From assembly GCF_006345805.1 (NCBI RefSeq), contig NC_043005.1:62682001-62746000 (forward strand): a DNA stretch of 64,000 nucleotides, written 5' to 3'. Under the pieces are notes generated by a model, which was given only the letters and a program-made list of their open reading frames with translations, made no database searches and was not told the DNA's origin. Origin of the DNA: Octopus sinensis (lineage: Eukaryota). Shown here one piece after another: positions 1 to 11,970 of the stretch (position 1 is the first letter of the stretch; the number at the start of each line of letters is the position of its first letter). A program made the position numbers and the translations under genes.

Positions 1-140
1 ACTAGAAAATAGGCTGCTCTTGGACAAGGCAGGTCACATGGTGTTGTTAGAAGAGAGACTGACATTCTAGTAACACCAGATGTAACACCTACTAAATGTG
101 TCAAGTGCCTTTTGTTCATTCATTCATATATATATATATA

Positions 141-526
141 CTAGCAGTATCGCCCGGCGTTGCTCAGGTTTGTAAGGGAAATAACTATAAAGCATTTTTA
201 GAGAGTTATAGCCAAAAAATAGCAAAAAAATGGAAAAAAAAATGATGGTAAATTTTTTTTTGAGAGTTAAAAAAGGTCGAGTTGCGCCCCCTAGACAGTC
301 TGTGGTTTGTGTTTCTGATTCTCGACTCCATGTCGAATTTATCGATTTTTTCAGAACTGGGGGAACTTTTCAAAATTTTCGCTGCGTTAGTTTTGAATTA
401 TGACATTGGGCTATGTGTGTGTCAAGTTTCATCAGAATCGGTTGAAATCCGTGGTCAGGGTGAGGGTACAACCAAACAGACACACAGAAACACACACAGA
501 CAAACTGCCGTTTATATAGAGAGAGA
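141..526 (-). mobile_element. Non-autonomous Helitron (386 bp)
   Basis: On the minus strand it starts A|TC (526-525) and ends CTAG|T (144-141), i.e. inserted between A and T with no TSD. A GC-rich hairpin (cctgagcaacgccggg, plus 153-168) lies ~10 nt before the terminal CTAG. No coding capacity. Confidence 0.85.
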
Positions 527-624
527 TATATGATCTATTGATTCATCGTGAAGTTACAGAATATATATTTGAGAGTGTGTATGTGTGTGTGAGTGTCTCT
601 ATCTATCTATCTATCTATCTATAT

Positions 625-1010
625 ACTCTTTTACTTGTTTCAGTCATTTGACTGCAGCCATGCTGGAGCACCGCCTTTAGTCGATCAAATAAGCCTAGTA
701 CTTATTCTATCGGTCATTTTTACCGAACCGCTAAGTTACGGGGACGTAAACACACCAGCATCGGTTGTCAAGCGGTGTTGGTCGGACAAAGACAGACACA
801 AACATACACACACATATACATACACACATATATATATACATATATACGGCAAGCTTCTTTCAGTTTCCGTCTACCAAATCCATTCACAAGGCTTTGGTCA
901 GCCCGAGGCTATAGTAGAAGACACTTGCCCAAGATGCCACGCAGTGAGACTGAACCCGGAACCATGTGGTTGGTAAGCAAGCTACTTACCACACAGCCAC
1001 TCCTGCGCCT
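625..1010 (-). mobile_element. tRNA-derived SINE, family A
   Basis: Minus strand begins aggcgcaggagtggctgtgtggtaag (A-box-like) and continues ...ggttccgggttcagtctc (B-box-like). Internal CA/TA microsatellite. Homologous copies at 20590-20745, 39945-40352 and 6660-6800. Confidence 0.85.
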
Positions 1011-1012
1011 AA

Positions 1013-1044
<32 letters not shown>

Positions 1045-1049
<5 letters not shown>

Positions 1050-3257
1050 TGCATTGCTTGCTCTCAGCCATGTGTATCATGGTGGCCATAGAGATGGTTT
1101 TTGAACAAAGAGGGAACAAGGCTACTGGAGGTCAGTGATGTGAATAACCTAATGATCTGCAACACCAACTTCAGAAAGCCAGCCAGTTACCTGATAATCT
1201 ATCAGTTGGATGACCACGACAACTAGATTGATTACATTTTCACGAGAGAACGAAATACATGGTTTCTCATAAATGCAAAGACCTTCCCCGGTGAGGAATG
1301 TATGCCTGCCATCCCACCAGCATAGATTAGTTATTAATGACTTTAAACTTCAGGCTAGGAGGATTCCAAGAAGCAGATCAATCTGGAAAAGAAGGATTTG
1401 GAAGCTTAAGGATCCTCTAAATGGTCAGAAATCTTGGGACATCCTACTTGAGAAATTTAAAGAGAAGAGAAAGAGACTTGTAACATAGAGGGCAACTAGA
1501 ACTTCCTGTGGGACAACTTGGTGAGTGCCACAGACCAAACCTATGGGTGGTGTGAAATCTCAACCAGACCTAGGGTTATGTGGTGGTGGAATGATGTAGA
1601 CAAGACCATTAGAGTGAAGAAATAGTCTTGGAAGGTCTGGAAAAATGGTGGTAGGAGGGATCTATATCTGGTAGCCAGGGGAGAAGCAGAGAGGAGGCAG
1701 TTTGCCAATGTTCTACGATGTGAAGACCAGAGACTTGAAGTGTTTTGGATTGCAAGACTGTGTCAGAGAAAATCATGATGTGGTAGGAGAGAAATGTGTT
1801 AACATGGATGATGGTTCATTTGCAGCCACTATGAAAGGCTACTAAATATAGAAAATGCATGGGAGAAGGAGATCCTGCCTTATGTGGACCCAACAAAGAG
1901 GATGGCTGTCTGAATTGACAGTAGCTTAGTAGATAAGGCAATTGAAGATATGAAGACAAGAAAAGACTCTGGCCCATCAAGTACCACTGCTGAGATGTTT
2001 AAAATATCTGGCAGAGTGGGATATAACCTGGTCATCTGTATAATTAATCAGCTTGTCCATGAGGGAGTCATATCCAATGACTCATGAGCAGCATTATAGT
2101 CAACTGCTACAAAGGCAAGGGTAATGCCCTAGACAGAAATAATAACAGAGGCATCAAATTACTGGACCAGATGATGAAAGTTGCAGAAAGGATCATAGCT
2201 CAATTAATTAGGAAGAGAGTTAGCATAGATGAGATGCAATTTGGATTTGTGCCAGGGAGAAGCACCACTGATACAACTGCAGGAGAAATACTTGGCCAGA
2301 AATAAACCTCTGTATCAGGCTTTTGTTGACATGGAGAAAGCCTTTGACAGGGTCCCTCTGCTCCCTTACCTGGTGAGCAATAGGAAAACTAGGGATAAAT
2401 GAGTGGTTAGTAAGAGCAATACAAGCCATGTACAGGGTGATGAGAGTTGCCAATGAATATAACAAGGAGCTTAGCATACAAGTAGGAGTCCACCAGAAAT
2501 CACTTCTTAGCCCCTTCTTGTTTATCTTGGTCCTCCAAGCTATAACCGAGGAATTTAAGACTGGCTGCCTTTGGGAGCTCCTCTATGCTGATGACCTTGT
2601 ACTTATTATTAAATCCCTACCAAAACTAGAGAAGTAATTTCGGGTATGGGAGCAGGGACTGGAATCAAAGGGCCTCAGAGTTAATTTAGCAAAGACCAAA
2701 GTATTGATAAGTAGGAAAACAGACAAATCACTGACCGCTGCAGGTAGATGGTGTCAAAAGAAACTCCATAAGGTACACTCAGTGCAAGCTATGGACACAT
2801 AAGAAGTGCAGTGGTATCACTGGAAGACTAACAGAGTAAGTAGCCTTTACATGTGACAGATGTTCAGGTACATTACAACAGCAGGAATGTACAACAAAAA
2901 GACTCCCTCATATGTCAGGGGAGATCCTTAGAAGTAGTAGATAGTTTCGGTTACTTAGCTGACCAAGTTAGTAGTGGGAGAGATTGTACTGAAACCATAG
3001 ATGCTAGAATAAGAATAGGCTAGGTTACTACCTCTGTTAATAATAAAGTGCCTCTCCTTCAGAGTGAAAGGCAGGTTGTATGATACTTGTGTATGAACAG
3101 TTATGCTATATAGCAGTGAAACATGGGCAGTGACAACTGAGGACATGTGAAGGCTTGAATAAAATGAAGCCAGTATGCTCTGATGGATGGGTAATGTCAG
3201 CGTGCTTATACAACACAATGTAAATCAAGAGAAAAACTGACTATATGAGGCATTTGA
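1045..3257 (+). mobile_element. Degenerate RTE-clade LINE, copy 1 (AP-endonuclease C-terminus + RT; 3' end missing)
   Basis: Peptides NLMICNTNFRK, IDYIF and QHRLVINDF (APE end); NNRGIKLLDQMMK, QFGFVPGRSTTD, VGVHQKSLLSPFLF and ELLYADDL (RT, YADD at ~2584). Many stops and frameshifts. Confidence 0.85.
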
Positions 3258-5742
3258 TCTAGCAACTGGGAATTCCTGTGGATCAGCTTGCTGAGTATCA
3301 CAGACCAAATCTGTGGCTGGTGTTAAGACCCATCCAGATCTAGGGTGACATAGTGATGGAACTATGCTGTAGAGTAGGCCATTATAGCAAAGAAACAGGC
3401 CTAGAAGGCTTGGAAGGGTGAGGGTAGCAGGGAACTGTATCAGATAGCCAGAAGGGAAGTATGAAACAGGTATGTCAAGCCAAGGGAGAAGCAGAAAAGA
3501 AGTTTGCCTATGTTTAGTGATGTAAGGACTAAAGATTTGAAATGTTTCAGATTGCAAGACAGTGTGTGAGAGAAAACTGCAATGTGATAGGAGAGAATTC
3601 TGTCCACATGGATGATAGTGCACTTGTATTTAATGATTCTTCAAAGAAAGAGGCTTGGAAATGCCATTATCAAAGACTATTGAATGTGGAGAGTGAATGG
3701 GAGTAGGAGAGTCTGCCAAATGTTGACCCAATTGGGGGACCAGCTATCCAAATTAACAGTACCTTGGTAGATAAAGCTATTAAGGATATGAAGACAGAAA
3801 AAGTCCTTGGCTCATCAGGAATCACCATTGAGATGCTTAAAATATCTGGTAGTGTGGGTTTCACTAGCCACCTGCATTGTAAATCAGGAGGTTCATGAAG
3901 AAGTCATACCCAATGACTCGTGTAGCAGAACAATAGTCAACTGCTACAAAGGTAAAGTGATGCCTTAGATAAAAATAGTTACAGAAGTATCAAATTATTG
4001 GATCAGGTGATGAAAGTTACAGAGTGGGTCATAGCCCAACTAATTAGGGAGAAAGTTAGTCTAGATGAGATACAGTCTGGTTTTGTGTCAGGGAAAAGCA
4101 CCACTGGTGCTACATTTCTGATTAGGCAGCTGCTGGAGAAATACATAGCCAAAGATAAACCTATGTACTTGGTTTGTGTTGCCTTGGAAAAAGTTTTTGA
4201 TACCTGATCCCTTATTTGGTGGTCAATGTGGAAACTAGGGATAGATGAGCGGTTGGTAAGAGCTGAACAAGCCTTGTGCAGGGATGCTGTCAGTAAGGTG
4301 AGGGTTGGCAATGGGTATAGTGAGGAATTCTAGGTAGAAGTAGTGGTTCACCAAGGATCAGTCCTCATTCTCCTCTTATTCATCATAGTCCTCCAGGCAA
4401 TAACAGAGGAATTCAAGACAGGTTATCCCTGGGAGATCTTCTATGCTGACGAACATGTTCTAATAGCTGAGTCACTACCAGAACTAGAGATGAAGTTTTA
4501 GGTGTGGAAGCAAGGTCTAGAATTGAAGGGCCTTAGAGTCAACCTAGCAAAAACCAAAATCCTTGTAATTAGGAAAGCAGATAAATCACAAACCCCTTCA
4601 AGTAGATGGCCCTGCCCAATCTGTAGAAAAGGTATAGGTAGAAACTCGATAAGATGTACCCAGTGTAAGCTATGGACACATAAGAAGTACAATAATATCA
4701 GAGGAAGGTTAACAGGGAAAATAACTTTTGGGTGTGGAAGGTGCACAGTTAGTAGATAGCTTCCGTTATCAAGGTGACCAAGTTAGAAGCGGAGGTGGAT
4801 GCTCTGAGAATGTAGCTGTGAGAATAAGAATAGGCTGGGCAAAGTTCAGAGAGTTCCTTCCTCTGCTGGCAACAAAGGCCTCTTCCTCAGAATGAAAGGC
4901 AGATTGTATGATGCTTGTGTGCAAACAGCTATGCTACACAGTAGTGAAACATGGGCTGTAACAGCCAAGGACATGCATAGGCTTGAAAGAAATGAAACCA
5001 GTATGCTTCGCTGGATGTGCAATGCCAGTGTGCATGTAAGACAGAGTGTAAGCATCTTGAGATAAAAGTTGAGCATAAGAGGCACTGGATGTAATGTGCA
5101 AGAGAGATGACTGAGCTGGTATGGTCATGTGATGTGCATGGACGAAGACAGCTGCGTAAAGAAGTGCTGATCTCTAACTGTGGAGGGAACCTGTGGTAGA
5201 GGTAGAGCCAGGAAAACATGGGATGAAGTGATGAAGCATGATCTTCGAACTTTGCACTTCAGAGAGGCAATGACTAGTGACGAGACCTTTGGCAATATGC
5301 AGTACTTGAGAAGACCCATCAAACCATGTGAAATTGTAGTCATGGCCAATGCTGGTGTTGTGCAACTGGCACGTAAGAAGCACATTTCGAGCACTGGACC
5401 TCACGGAGGCAAAGTGGCCAATGCCAGTGGCACCTGAAAAGCTCCTTTTGAGTGTTGGGCTTCATGGAGGCAATGACGAATGACAGAAACCTTGGCATTA
5501 TGTTGTGCTTGAGAAGAAAACCCATGAAGCCAAGTCTGGTGTCATACAAATGACACCCATACTGTTGGCACATAAAAGCATCCATTACGCTCTGAGTGGT
5601 TGGTGTTAGGAAGAGCATCCAGTTATAGAAACCATGCCAAATCAGACTGGAGTCTGGGGCAGCCTTACAGCTTGTCAGCCCTGGCCAAACTGTCCAGCCC
5701 ATGCCAGCATGGACACCAGATGTTAAATGATGATGATGATGA
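3258..5742 (+). mobile_element. Degenerate RTE-clade LINE, copy 2 (5' truncated; 3' UTR and (GAT)n tail present)
   Basis: Co-linear with copy 1 from ~1495 onward. QSGFVSGKSTTG, HQGSVL, FYADE and EGTCGRGRARKTWDEV motifs. Ends ccatgccagcatggacaccagatgttaaa(tga)n at 5700-5742. Confidence 0.88.
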
Positions 5743-5755
5743 TATATATATATAT

Positions 5756-5895
5756 TTGTTTCTGGGGAGAATCATTCTCTTTTAGTGCCTTATTATTTAA
5801 CACACTCACTGGTAAGGGTTCCACTCATTTACTTATTTATTTTTCCTAAAACTTTTGTTGGATCTTGCAACATTTTCAATGGACTCTCCCCAGAC

Positions 5896-5899
<4 letters not shown>
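5756..5899. mobile_element. MITE (~145 bp), probably Tc1/mariner-type, in a (TA)n tract
   Basis: Terminal inverted repeats ttgtttctggggaga (5756-5770) and tctccccagacacaa (5885-5899) match 14/15. TA repeats on both flanks. Confidence 0.7.
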
Positions 5900-5958
<59 letters not shown>

Positions 5959-6479
5959 TATAACTATTTGGTTGAAAATATATCAAATGAATAATAACAA
6001 AGATGTTATAATCCAATCATACTAACTACATCTGTTTTCTTATGTTGTATTAATAGATACATAAATATATAAATAATAATATAGAGACAGTAAAGCTATT
6101 TGAAATTCAATGAGGACATTATATGAATCAATAGATAAAAAGTTGCACTCATCAAAGCACAATTGATGTTCTTACTTATTCAGCACTAAAATTACAAACA
6201 GTGCTTTAATGTTTACTTTTCATATTTGTATGGGTCAGATGGTATTCGCTGAAGCAGATTTTCTATAGTTGGATGCCCTTCCTGTTTTCAATCTTTACCT
6301 CTTTTCAAGTAAGGTTGTATTTCCCTGTGACAGGACATATTTTTTACAGAATATTGAAAAAAAAAACAACACTGCATGCATGATAGTTATGCTTGTATTA
6401 AAACTATCATGTGATGTCAAGGGAAGGAAACAGAAATGCACACTCACACATGCATATATCATCGTTATCATTTAATGAC

Positions 6480-6800
6480 TGTTTTCTGTGCTGGCATGGG
6501 TTGGATAGTTTAATAGGAGCTGGCAAGCCAGTGGACTGTACAAAGCTCCAATATCTACTTTGCATGGTTTCTATGGCTGGATACCCTTCTTAACACCAAC
6601 CACTTTGCAGAGTGTACTGGGTTCTTTTTGCATATGATACTGGTATTAGTGAGGTCACCTACCAAATCCACCCTGAGGCTTTGGTCAGTTTAGGGGTATA
6701 ATAGAATACACTTATTCAAAATGTGGTGTAGTGGAACTGATCATGAAAGCATTTGGTTGGGAAGTAAGTTTCTTAACCACTTAGTTATGCTTGAGCCAAC
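6480..6800 (-). mobile_element. Decayed RTE-tail / SINE family A remnants
   Basis: ttttctgtgctggcatgggttgga resembles the reverse complement of the RTE 3' end at 5690-5720. 6660-6790 aligns by eye with the SINE A head at 875-1000. Confidence 0.5.
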
Positions 6801-6824
6801 AGCTATGCCTATAGCTATGCCTAC

Positions 6825-6866
<42 letters not shown>

Positions 6867-7808
6867 CATACACATGATGTAGGTGTTGGTATGGCTGTAG
6901 GCACACACACACAAATGTGAAGAGAAAGTATTCTATGCATTACATAGAGTTCATAGTAACAACAATGAAAAAAAATCTGATTTTATACTATGGTTAATCC
7001 AGCCTTAATGTTATTGTATCTTGCCAAGAATGTGAGACATTAAAACTTCAGTTTTTAATCATCAATGTGTATTTGATTGTTTATTTAGATATCTGTATGC
7101 TTTATAAAAATATGACAATATAAACGATGTAGTATTGAGTACCATTTTTATCACTTTTAGTATTTTTGTATGATAGCATTAAATCTCTTTCTATGTTAAC
7201 CAGTTAACAACAAGCCATTTGAAAGGCTAAAGCTACTAACATTGAAATTAAGTGCCATAGTCTAAAGTTCTAATTTATCTACTTCACTTTGAACTTATGA
7301 ATGTTTTACATTCAACATGAATCAATCCAAAACATTAAATATACATGTGTTTTGTGTGTGTGCATGTGTGTATACATACATACATTTATATATGTGTGTG
7401 TGAATGTGTAAGTAGGTATATATATATATCCCCATATCTGTGTAGTTTTCTTGCTTTCCCTTTCATACATTCATTGGTGCTTTTGTTGTATAACAATTGT
7501 CTCCCTTCAGATCAGTTTTGAATCCACATTTCATACCTAATGGATCATACTGAATCCATTTTATTGCAGCAGGTCTTTTGTGCTCATTGCATGTGTCCCA
7601 CAGCTAACATCACACATCTCAAAACAAAGTATAAAGCAAAAATAGTTTTAAAATATGAACAGTAAATCTAATTAAATAAAGTTTTTCTAATTTTATTTTA
7701 ATTTTTCTATTGTTTAAATGCATGTCACATCCATGACCATCTCACTCAAGGATTTTGGAAAAGTAATGCAATAAATTAAATTAAACTGAATTCTCTCAAA
7801 ATTTAATT

Positions 7809-7975
7809 GTTGTTGTTCAGCCTGAGGTCAGTCCTGATCAAGCAGATAAAAGATCAAAGAATTCCATCCCTTATAATCTGATCCTATTTTCAGACAATTC
7901 ACCCAATACTAAATCATTTAATGTGCTCTTTCTTTAATGATGGTAGGTTGATAATCTATTACTTCTAGCAAATTA
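7809..7975 (+). repeat. Old interspersed repeat (family D); similar copies near 28985, 34451, 39665 (minus) and 42128
   Basis: Shared motif gttgttgtt.agc...ggtcag.cctgatcaagcag...atcaaag seen at several loci. Matched by eye only. Confidence 0.4.
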
Positions 7976-8174
7976 AGACATGAGTGTTGGTTTGAATTTT
8001 GTTTGTTATTTGTATGGCACAAACAGGAACTACCCAGTCTTAACTGAATTTTTTTTATTGCATTTAATTTAGCACAGTAAATTACACTCTCTAACATTCC
8101 TAAAGGGGCTAAAATATTTAATGCATACTAAATAAATTGTTTAATTAAAAACAAAAGTTAGAAAATGCATGTAT

Positions 8175-8570
8175 TGTATGGGAAGTTTTCTTGAGGTTTA
8201 GTGACAAAAAGTCTCCTCAAACTTTCAGTATCTTTTTTTAGGACTCACAGGATGATACTTTCCTGTAGATCAACAATGCATTCCAGTATCCTTCAGCCTC
8301 TTAGATATCAATATGAGTATTGTGCCAAGGGCACCAATTACCAAAGGAAGAATTGTCACCTTTGTCTTCTACAATCTCTTCATCTTTCTGACTAGGTCCT
8401 GATATTTCTCAATTTCTTTGATGCCCACTCTACTATCCTATGCTATCACAAGTCTGCTTTCCTCCACTGTTTATTTTTGTCCTTTATGATTATATTTGGC
8501 CTCTCTTTCAATAGTATGGTTAATCTTCATAGAGAAATCTAATAAAATTCTGTAATTACCATTCACCATC
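8175..8570 (-). mobile_element. 3' fragment of RLE-type (R4/Dong-like) non-LTR retrotransposon
   Basis: Minus-strand translation gives ILLDFSMKINHTIE..., KEIEKYQDL and KVTILPLVIGALGT, the endonuclease C-terminus also seen at 13385-13771. Confidence 0.7.
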
Positions 8571-8659
8571 ATGGCCTCTGGCTTGCGTTCATACTACGTT
8601 TCTCACTTTGAATTCACAAACTTGGTAAACATTCCATTACCAGCAAAATCATGCCTGCA

Positions 8660-9110
8660 CTAATATTATTATTGTTTTACTTCTCAAATGCTCGGCCTTG
8701 TTTGAGAGCAGACAGCAGTCCATTGTCAAAGGTTTCACAAAGTCTCTTTCTGCACATTATAATCTTTGATATTTAGTTGTTAATTATCGAGCAAGACATT
8801 CAACATCCATGTACCAATCTCAAAATCCTAGCTGTCCCCAACAGAGCAGTATTTTGGGCTAGTTTTGCTCTTTTGTCAATTCTGATTTTTCTGACATATT
8901 TCTTGAACTTGGTTGTTAGTGCTCCAAGTGCCCCTACAACTACTGGGACGACAGACATTTTCCTCATAGTGCAAACTCTTGCAATTTTATCTTTTAGTTA
9001 GCCTGTACTTTTCAATTGTTTTTAGTTCTTTGTCACTTTTGTATGCATCCCCAGGTAGTGCAATATCTATAATTTTGGTTTCCTGGATTGGCAAAAATCA
9101 TTAGAATAAA
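8660..9110 (-). mobile_element. Second 3' fragment of RLE-type non-LTR retrotransposon
   Basis: Minus strand encodes VPVVVGALGALTTKFKKYVRKIRIDKRAKLAQNTALLGTARILR. A short (TTA)n at ~8664-8673 marks its 3' side. Confidence 0.72.
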
Positions 9111-9134
9111 ACAGTATGCAGTGTTTCTTCCAGA

Positions 9135-9287
9135 TCTTTATACTCTTAGTTAAAATTCAACCCAGTTCAACTTGCTCTTTCATCCTTTCAGCATCAGTAA
9201 GATAGAGTACCACTCAAGTACTGCAGTTAATGATGTTGACTAACATTCTCCTCTCAAAATTGCTGGTCTTGTGCCTAAATTACAAAC
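9135..9287 (+). mobile_element. 5'-truncated SINE family B
   Basis: ttgctctttcatcctttcagcatcagtaagatagagtacc matches the SINE B core ttgcctttcatcctttcggggttgataaattaagtacc (reverse complement of 63673-63710). Confidence 0.55.

Positions 9288-9342
<55 letters not shown>
9288..9342. repeat. (TTA)n microsatellite
   Basis: About 18 perfect units. Confidence 0.97.
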
Positions 9343-9883
9343 TTCCAGTCAGGAACTATCATGGATAAATTCCAGATGTCCTTGGTCTGGCAGTGCTACC
9401 ACAGCGAGGATTGGACGCTACCAGTTTGAGATAAACTCTACAGGCATGGATGTACTGTCAGATGGACCTGTCTGAGGTGCGCACAGAGTGATGAAACTGT
9501 TCCATATGTCCTTGTTCAGTGTCTTGGCATTGCTGACTTGTGGGGTTATGTTGAACAGCTTCTGTCACATGTGGGATGGATCCGCTCTCAGCTGAGTCTG
9601 TAGTGATGATTGCACTGCCATCCTCCTTCACTTAGGCAGGCAAGGCAGTTTTCCTTTGCCTGGTGGCTATGGTGAAAGAGGTTGTTTGGTGGACAAGGCT
9701 GAAAGGCATGGGGACATATATTCCTCTTTGGTTGAGCTCTCATTGATCTTTTCAAAGTTTCACTTGAAAAAGAAATTGGGAGTGGAGAGGGAAGCACTGA
9801 TCTCAAGTGAGTTCATTGAAAGGTGGGTGAAAGTAGCAAAAATGGCAAGAGTGGATGGTACCTCTCTAAGGGTAGACCTATGA
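9343..9883 (+). mobile_element. 3' end of Tx1/L1-clade LINE ORF2
   Basis: MDKFQMSLVWQCY, a decayed zinc knuckle CLRCAQSDETVPYVLVQCLGIADLW, and a C-terminus EREALISSEFIERWVKVAKMARVDG ending at the stop at 9883. Confidence 0.6.
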
Positions 9884-9919
9884 GTTGGAGAGAAGGAACT
9901 GGAGAGGGCAGGAATTGCA

Positions 9920-10825
9920 GCCGAAGCGACTCGAAACATATTCTCAGTTTATGAGAAAGAATGCTTGAATGAAAGAACTTGCAGAAGATGGTTTGCAAAA
10001 TTCAGAAGTGGAGATTTCAGCCTTGAAAATGAAGATCGAACAGAATGTCCAGCAGAGTTTGATGTTAAGCTCCTTGAGACATTACTTGAAGAAAATCCCA
10101 CATTTTCAGTTGAAATCCCAAGTTGACATCTGCTCTTCTCTCCATTCTTGTGAACTCATTTCACCCTTTTTGGATAGACTTGTGACCGGTGACGAAAAAT
10201 GGATCTTCTATTGAAATGTTAAATGTCGTAAACAGTGGCTTGGTAAAAGGGAAAAAGCTCAACCACAACCGAGAAGGGAACTTTATGGGAAAAAGGTTCT
10301 TCTCTCTATCTGGTGGGATTGCAAAGGAGTAATTCACTTTGAATTGTTACCACCTAATGCAACAATCAATGTTCAAGTCTACTGTCAGCAATTAGAGAGT
10401 TTGAACCAAGCTTTGAAGAAAAAAAGACCTGCTTTAGTGAATCGAAAAGGAGTGATGTTTCATCAGGACAGCGCATGACCCCACACTGCAAAGATCACAT
10501 CACAGAAAATTGAAGAGCTTGGTTGGGAAAAAATTCTTCATCTACATTTTTCTCCCAACCTTGCTTCTTCAGACTTCCATTTGTTTCATAGTTTACAGAA
10601 TCATTTTCAAAGCCAGGAGGAGGTCGAAACTGACATTTTAGAGTTCTTCACTTTGAAACCAAAAGAGCTTTACATTAATGGGATTTAAAAGCTTGTAAAT
10701 AGATGGAAGAAAGTCATACATAATCAGGGAGTGTACATTGATGATTAAATTTCAATTAAATATAACATTTGATCGTTTGTTTTCTTTATTCACAATTCGG
10801 ACAGAACTTATGGGATGACCTGATA
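9920..10825 (+). mobile_element. Mariner (D,D34D) transposon relic; 5' end missing, internal deletion
   Basis: AEATRNI..LNERTCRRWFAKFRSGDFSLE (HTH); LVTGDEKWIFY; WWDCKG; HQD followed by exactly 34 codons to the D of SPNLASSDFHLF. Premature stops. Right TIR-like end cggacagaacttatgggatgacctgaTA (10798-10825). The WVPHEL region is absent. Confidence 0.92.
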
Positions 10826-11936
10826 TTAATATTTTATAAACTCATGGTTTATAAATTGTTGCATTTCAAATACAAAATATACTTTTCTCATATTGAAAAA
10901 ATATGTATTCAGTTTATTGATGTGTTAATATAGGAAAATTCAAATTTCTTTTCCTCCCATATGCACTGAAAATTAAAGCAGTGCTATTTCTTAACATGAA
11001 AAACTTCCTATCATTACCATTTAGTTTTAATTGAAGAAATACTAATAAAATATAATATATTCAAAACTTAGAAATCAAAATAATCTCAAGATAACCACAG
11101 TTTTATGATAAATTGTTTCAGAGACATTAGAACATAGAATTCATTGAAAATTTGTGTTGTTACTGAGAAGATAAATTTATAGAACTATAAAAACAAAATA
11201 TACTTCAATAAATCTTTTTCTTTTAGCTGCACTTCTAAATATTTTATCAGTGATCAAATATTTCCTTTCATCATTCTTATATATTAATTTTATAAAAGGA
11301 ATATATATTTAGCCTTGCTTTTAAAGAAGCCATATATTCTTTAGGGGTTATAATGCCAGAATTATTTTATATTAAAGCCAAATACATATTCATATATAAA
11401 ATTTGCTAATTTATTTCTTCTACTATGTCTTAAATAAATTTTCACACTTGTTGCAAAATATATACCAGTGAATTATTTATTTGGTGTATCAACTGATGTA
11501 TGAAAAAGTCTGAAGATGAATGGATCTAATTTCACTGAAACTGAACACAGTCTGTTTAAGGTAAAATTTCAATCCATTGAGTAACAGGCCAGTATGTTGT
11601 CTCTGAGCTTATAATTCCAAACTATATTAGAATATGGTTAGAAATGTAATTCTCACATGGAATTATTTTATTTATATACTTTGCAATATGTTGCATAATT
11701 TTCTTCATATTCTTCCTAAATTTTCAAAATTAACAATAACTGTTTCATCATCAAAGGATTCCACACAAAAAAGCAAAACTCTTATAATGGAGCCTATATG
11801 TAGTTGCTCAACATGTGGTATAAATATACAAGTAAAATCCTCTTTAAATCGCACTTCACCATTTCAAGCAAAAAGAATACTATACATTGGATAATATAGT
11901 TTGGGAAGGATGTATCTAAATAAAAACAAAGAAATG

Positions 11937-11967
<31 letters not shown>

Positions 11968-11970
11968 TAA
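11937..11970. repeat. (AAT)n microsatellite at the 5' junction of the RLE element
   Basis: Direct sequence. Confidence 0.95.

Noticed and set aside
11480-11930. Protein-looking frames on both strands (e.g. FKEDFTCIFIPHVEQLHIG..., MNGSNFTETEHSLFK)
   Set aside because: Several competing short frames with stops and no recognisable family; indistinguishable from AT-rich noise.
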